DNA of 64,000 bases from the human T2T-CHM13v2.0 reference genome, Homo sapiens: the NCBI RefSeq assembly GCF_009914755.1, contig NC_060925.1. One strand, written 5' to 3'. Positions 59,901 through 64,000 of the stretch are shown here, in pieces. The notes under the pieces are model-generated. The model was given only the letters and a program-made list of their open reading frames with translations. It was not told where the DNA came from and made no database searches. Made by a program: the position numbers and the translations under genes. How positions within the stretch are numbered: position 1 is the first letter of the stretch; each line of letters begins with the position of its first letter.

Positions 59901-62900
59901 AATGGAATGGAATGGAATAATCCATGGACTCGAATGCAATCATCATCGAATGGAATCGAATGGAATCATCGAATGGACTCGAATGGAATAATCATTGAAC
60001 GGAATCGATTGGAATCATCATCGGATGGAAACGAATGGAATCATCATCGAATGGAAATGAAAGGAGTCATCATCTAATGGAATTGCATGGAATCATCATA
60101 AAATGGAATCGAATGGAATCAACATCAAATGGAATCAAATGGAATCATTGAACGGAATTGAATGGAATCGTCATCGAATGAATTGAATGCAATCATCCAA
60201 TGGTCTCGAATGGAATCATCTTCAAATGGAATGGAATGGAATCATCGCATAGAATCGAATGGAATTATCATCGAATGGAATCGAATGGAATCAACATCCA
60301 ACGGAAAAAAACGGAATTATCGAATGGAATCGAAGAGAATCATCGAATGGACCCGAATGGAATCATCTAATGGAATGGAATGGAATAATCCATGGACTCG
60401 AATGCAATCATCATCGAATGGAATCGAATGGAATCATCGAATGGACTCGAATGGAATAATCATTGAACGGAATCGAATGGAATCATCATCGGATGGAAAT
60501 GAATGGAATCATCATCGAATGGAATCGAATAGAATTATGGAATGAAATCCAGTGTGATCATCATCGAATGGACCCGAATGGAATCATCATCCAACGGAAG
60601 CTAATGGAATCAACATCGAATGAATCAAATGGAAACACCATCGAATTGAAACGAATGGAATTATCATGAAATTGAAATGGATGGACTCATCATCGAATGG
60701 ATTCGAATGGAATCATTGAATAAAATTGATTGAAATCATCATCGAATGGAATCGAATGGTATCATTGAATGGAATCGAATGGAATCATCATCAGATGGAA
60801 ATGAATGGAATCGTCATAGAATGGAATCGAATGGATTCATTGAATGGAATCAGATGGAATCATCGAATGGACTGGAATGGAATCATTGAATGGACTCGAA
60901 AGGGATCATTATTGAATGGAATTGAATGGAAGCATCGAATGGTCTCGATTGGAATCATTATCAAATGGAATCGAATGGAATCACCGAATAGAATCGAATG
61001 GAACAATCATCGAATGGACTCAAATGGAATTATCCTCCAATGGAATCGAATGGAATTATCGAATGCAATCGAATGGAATTATCGAATGCAATCGAATGGA
61101 ATTATCGAATGCAATCGAATAGAATCATCGAATGGACTCGAATGGAATCATCGAATGGAATGGAATGGAACAGTCAATGAACTCGAATGGAATCATCATT
61201 GAATGGAATCGAATGGAATCATCGAGTGGAATCGAATGGAATTATGATCAAATGGAATCGAATGTAATCATCATCAAATGGAATTAAAAATAACCATCAT
61301 CAATAGGTATTGAATGAATTGTCATCAAATGGAATTCAAAGGAATCATCATCAAATGGAACCGAATGGAATCCTCATTGAATGGAAATGAAAGGGGTCAT
61401 CATCTAATGGAATCGCATGGAATCATCATCAAATGGAATCGAATGGAATCATCATCAAATGGAATCTAATGGAATCATTGAACAGAATTGAATGGAATCG
61501 TCATCGAATGAATTGAATGCAATCATCGAATGGTCTCGAATGGAATCATCTTCTAATGGAAAGGAATGGAATCATCGCATAGAATCGAATGGAATTATCA
61601 TCGAATGGAATCGAATGGTATCAACACCAAACGGAAAAAAACGGAATTATCGAATGGAATCGAAGAGAATCTTCGAACGGACCCGAATGGAATCATCTAA
61701 TGGAATGGAATGGAATAATCCATGGACTGGAATGCAATCATCATCGAATGGAATCGAATGGAATCATCGAATGGACTCGAATGGAATAATCATTGAACGG
61801 AATCGAATGGAATCATCACCGGATGGAAACGAATGGAATCATCATCGAATGGAAATGAAAGGAGTCATCATCTAATGGAATTGCATGGAATCATCATAAA
61901 ATGGAATCGAATGGAATCAACATCAAATGGAATCAAATGGAATAATTGAACGGAATTGAATGGAATCGTCATCGAATGAATTGAATGCAATCATCGAATG
62001 GTCTAGAATGGAATCATCTTCAAATGGAATGGAATGGAATCATCGCATAGAATCGAATGGAAGTATCATCGAATGGAATCGAATGGAATCAACATCAAAC
62101 GGAAAAAAACGGAATTATCGAATGGAATCGAAGAGAATCTTCGAACGGACCCGAATGGAATCATCTAATGGAATGGAATGGAATAATCCATGGACTCGAA
62201 TGCAATCATCATCGAATGGAATCGAATGGAATCATCGAATGGACTCGAATGGAATAATCATTGAACGGAATCTAATGGATTCATCATCGGATGGAAATGA
62301 ATGGAATCATCATCGAATGGAATCGAATAGAATTATGGAATGAAATCCAGTGTGATCATCATCGAATGAACCCGAATGGAATCATCATCCAACGGAAGCT
62401 AATGGAATCAACATCGAATGAATCGAATGGAAACACCATCGAATTGAAACGAATGGAATTATCTTGAAATTGAAATGGATGGACTCATCATCGAATGGAT
62501 TCGAATGGAATCATCGAATAAAATTGATTGAAATCATCATCCAATGGAATCGAATGGTATCATTGAATGGAATCGAATGGAATCATCATCAGATGGAAAT
62601 GAATGGAATCGTCATAGAATGGAATCGAATGGATTCATTGAATGGAATCAGATGGAATCATCGAATGGACTGGAATGGAATCATTGAATGGACTCGAAAG
62701 GGATCATGATTGAATGGAATTGAATGGAATCATCGAATGGTCTCGATTGGAATCATTATCAAATGGAATCGAATGGAATCACCGAATAGAATCGAATGGA
62801 ACAATCATCGAATGGACTCAAATGGAATTATCCTCCAATGGAATCGAATGGAATTATCGAATGCAATCGAATGGAATTATCGAATGCAATCGAATAGAAT

Positions 62901-62980
62901 CATCGAATGGACTCGAATGGAATCATCGAATGGAATGGAATGGAACAGTCAATGAACTCGAATGGAATCATCATTGAATG
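41936..62980 (+). repeat. Homogeneous domain of mostly canonical units (spacings 1776,1776,1750,1750,1781,1776,1776,1308,1282,1776,1776,1798)
   Basis: Landmark ORF starts from 41936 to 60463, plus the equivalent position at ~62261. Confidence 0.9.
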
Positions 62981-63239
62981 GAATCGAATGGAATCATTGA
63001 GTGGAATCGAATGGAATTATGATCAAATGGAATCGAATATAATCATCATCAAATGGAATCAAAAATAACCATCATCAATTGGTATTGAATGGAATTCTCA
63101 TCAAATGGAATTCAAAGGAATCATCATCAAATGGAACTGAATGGAATCCTCATTGAATGGAAATGAAAGGGTCATCATCTAATGGAATCGCATGGAAGCA
63201 TCATCAAATGGAATCTGATGGAATCATTGAACAGAATTG

Positions 63240-63856
63240 AATGGAATCGTCATCGAATGAATTGAATGCAATCATCGAATGGTCTCGAATATAATCACAT
63301 TCTAATGGAAAGGAATGGAATCATCGCATAGAATCGAATGGAATTAACATTGAATGGACTCGAATGGAATCAACATCAAACGGAATCAAGCGGAATTATC
63401 GAATGGAATCGAAGAGAATCATCGAATGGTCTCGAATGGAATCATCTTCTAATGGAAAGGAATGGAATCATCGCATAGAATCGAATGGAATTAACATTGA
63501 ATGGACTCGAATGGAATCAACATCAAATGGAATCAAGCGGAATTATCGAATGAAATCGAAGAGAATCATCGAATGGACTCGAATGGAATCATCTAATGGA
63601 ATGGAATGGAATAATCCACGGACTCGAATGCAATCATCATCGTATAGAATCGAATGGAATCATCGAATGGACTCGAATGGAATAACCATTGAACGGAATC
63701 GAATGGAATCATCATCGGATGGAAACGAATGGAATCATCATCGAATGGAAATGAAAGGAGTCATCATCTAATGGAATTGCATGGAATCATCATAAAATGG
63801 AATCGAATGGAATCAACATCAAATGGAATCAAATGGAATCATTGAACGGAATTGAA
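63240..63856 (+). repeat. Divergent A-type module with internal 147-bp duplication (also at ~7519-8134)
   Basis: GGAATCAAGCGG occurs twice, 147 bp apart. ORFs 63364 and 7643 show the same 49-codon repeat. Confidence 0.85.
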
Positions 63857-64000
63857 TGGAATCGTCATCGAATGAATTGACTGCAATCATCGAATGGTCT
63901 CGAATGGAATCATCTTCAAATGGAATGGAATGGAATCATCGCATAGAATCGAATGGAATTATCATCGAATGGAATCGAATGGAATCAACATCAAACGGAA

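Larger units (their letters stand above)
1..64000 (+). repeat. Human satellite II (HSat2/HSATII) tandem array, ~1.77-kb unit type (HSat2A / D1Z1-like, probably 1q12 pericentromeric heterochromatin)
   Basis: Continuous GAATG/GGAATC/ATCATCGAATG repeats; the reverse complement is the CATTCGATTC-type HSat2 motif. TaqI (TCGA) and HinfI (GANTC) sites are very dense. Modal period is 1,776 bp with one GAATTC per unit. The array runs off both window ends. Family assignment is secure; subfamily and chromosome rest on the known 1.77-kb EcoRI periodicity. Confidence 0.97.

Noticed and set aside
492-63771. Hundreds of 60-163-aa ORFs (MESSSNELNAIIEWSR..., MELSSNGIEW..., MKLKWMDSS...)
   Set aside because: They are translations of GAATGGAATC repeats (ATG is built into the motif), overlap in all three frames, recur with every unit and are freely broken by stops and frameshifts. 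There is no domain, splice or promoter context.
1-64000. CRISPR-like array of short repeats
   Set aside because: There are no unique spacers between conserved direct repeats and no cas genes; everything is degenerate tandem satellite.
1-64000. HSat3, alpha satellite or telomeric repeat
   Set aside because: Pure (GGAAT)n runs are short (3-4 copies) and ATCATCGAATG motifs dominate, which is HSat2. There is no 171-bp monomer, CENP-B box or TTAGGG.
1-64000. Transposon (Alu/L1) insertion, unique island or strand inversion
   Set aside because: None seen; every stretch read fits the satellite modules in the same orientation, and all landmark spacings are accounted for by satellite indels.

Overview
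The whole 64-kb window is one uninterrupted, single-orientation array of human-type classical satellite II (HSat2/HSATII), read on its GGAAT/GAATG-rich strand. It is built from diverged 23- and 26-bp subunits (e.g. GAATGGAATCATCGAATGGACTC; GAATGGAATCATCATCGAATGGAATC) organised into a 1,776-bp unit carrying one EcoRI site. This matches the ~1.77-kb HSat2A/D1Z1-type repeat known from 1q12 pericentromeric heterochromatin; the chromosome assignment is inferred, not proven. A once-per-unit landmark (GAAATCCAGTGTGATC) occurs 35 times, and 12 of the 34 spacings are exactly 1,776 bp. The other spacings decompose into a small set of modules (468, 442, 419 bp) and indels (23, 26, 75, 147, 640 bp, plus a few of 1-10 bp). 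I see no genes, RNA genes, transposon insertions, CRISPR arrays or inversions, and all listed ORFs are translation artefacts of the satellite. I did not find a new gene-based system. What is of interest is the internal architecture: nested higher-order duplications (offsets 887, 1750, 2218, 2688, 3084, 5324, ~10.3-10.8 kb, ~55.7 kb), a divergent module subfamily, and a rearranged domain next to a homogeneous one. All alignments were done by eye using landmark motifs and ORF-track offsets, so block boundaries are approximate.
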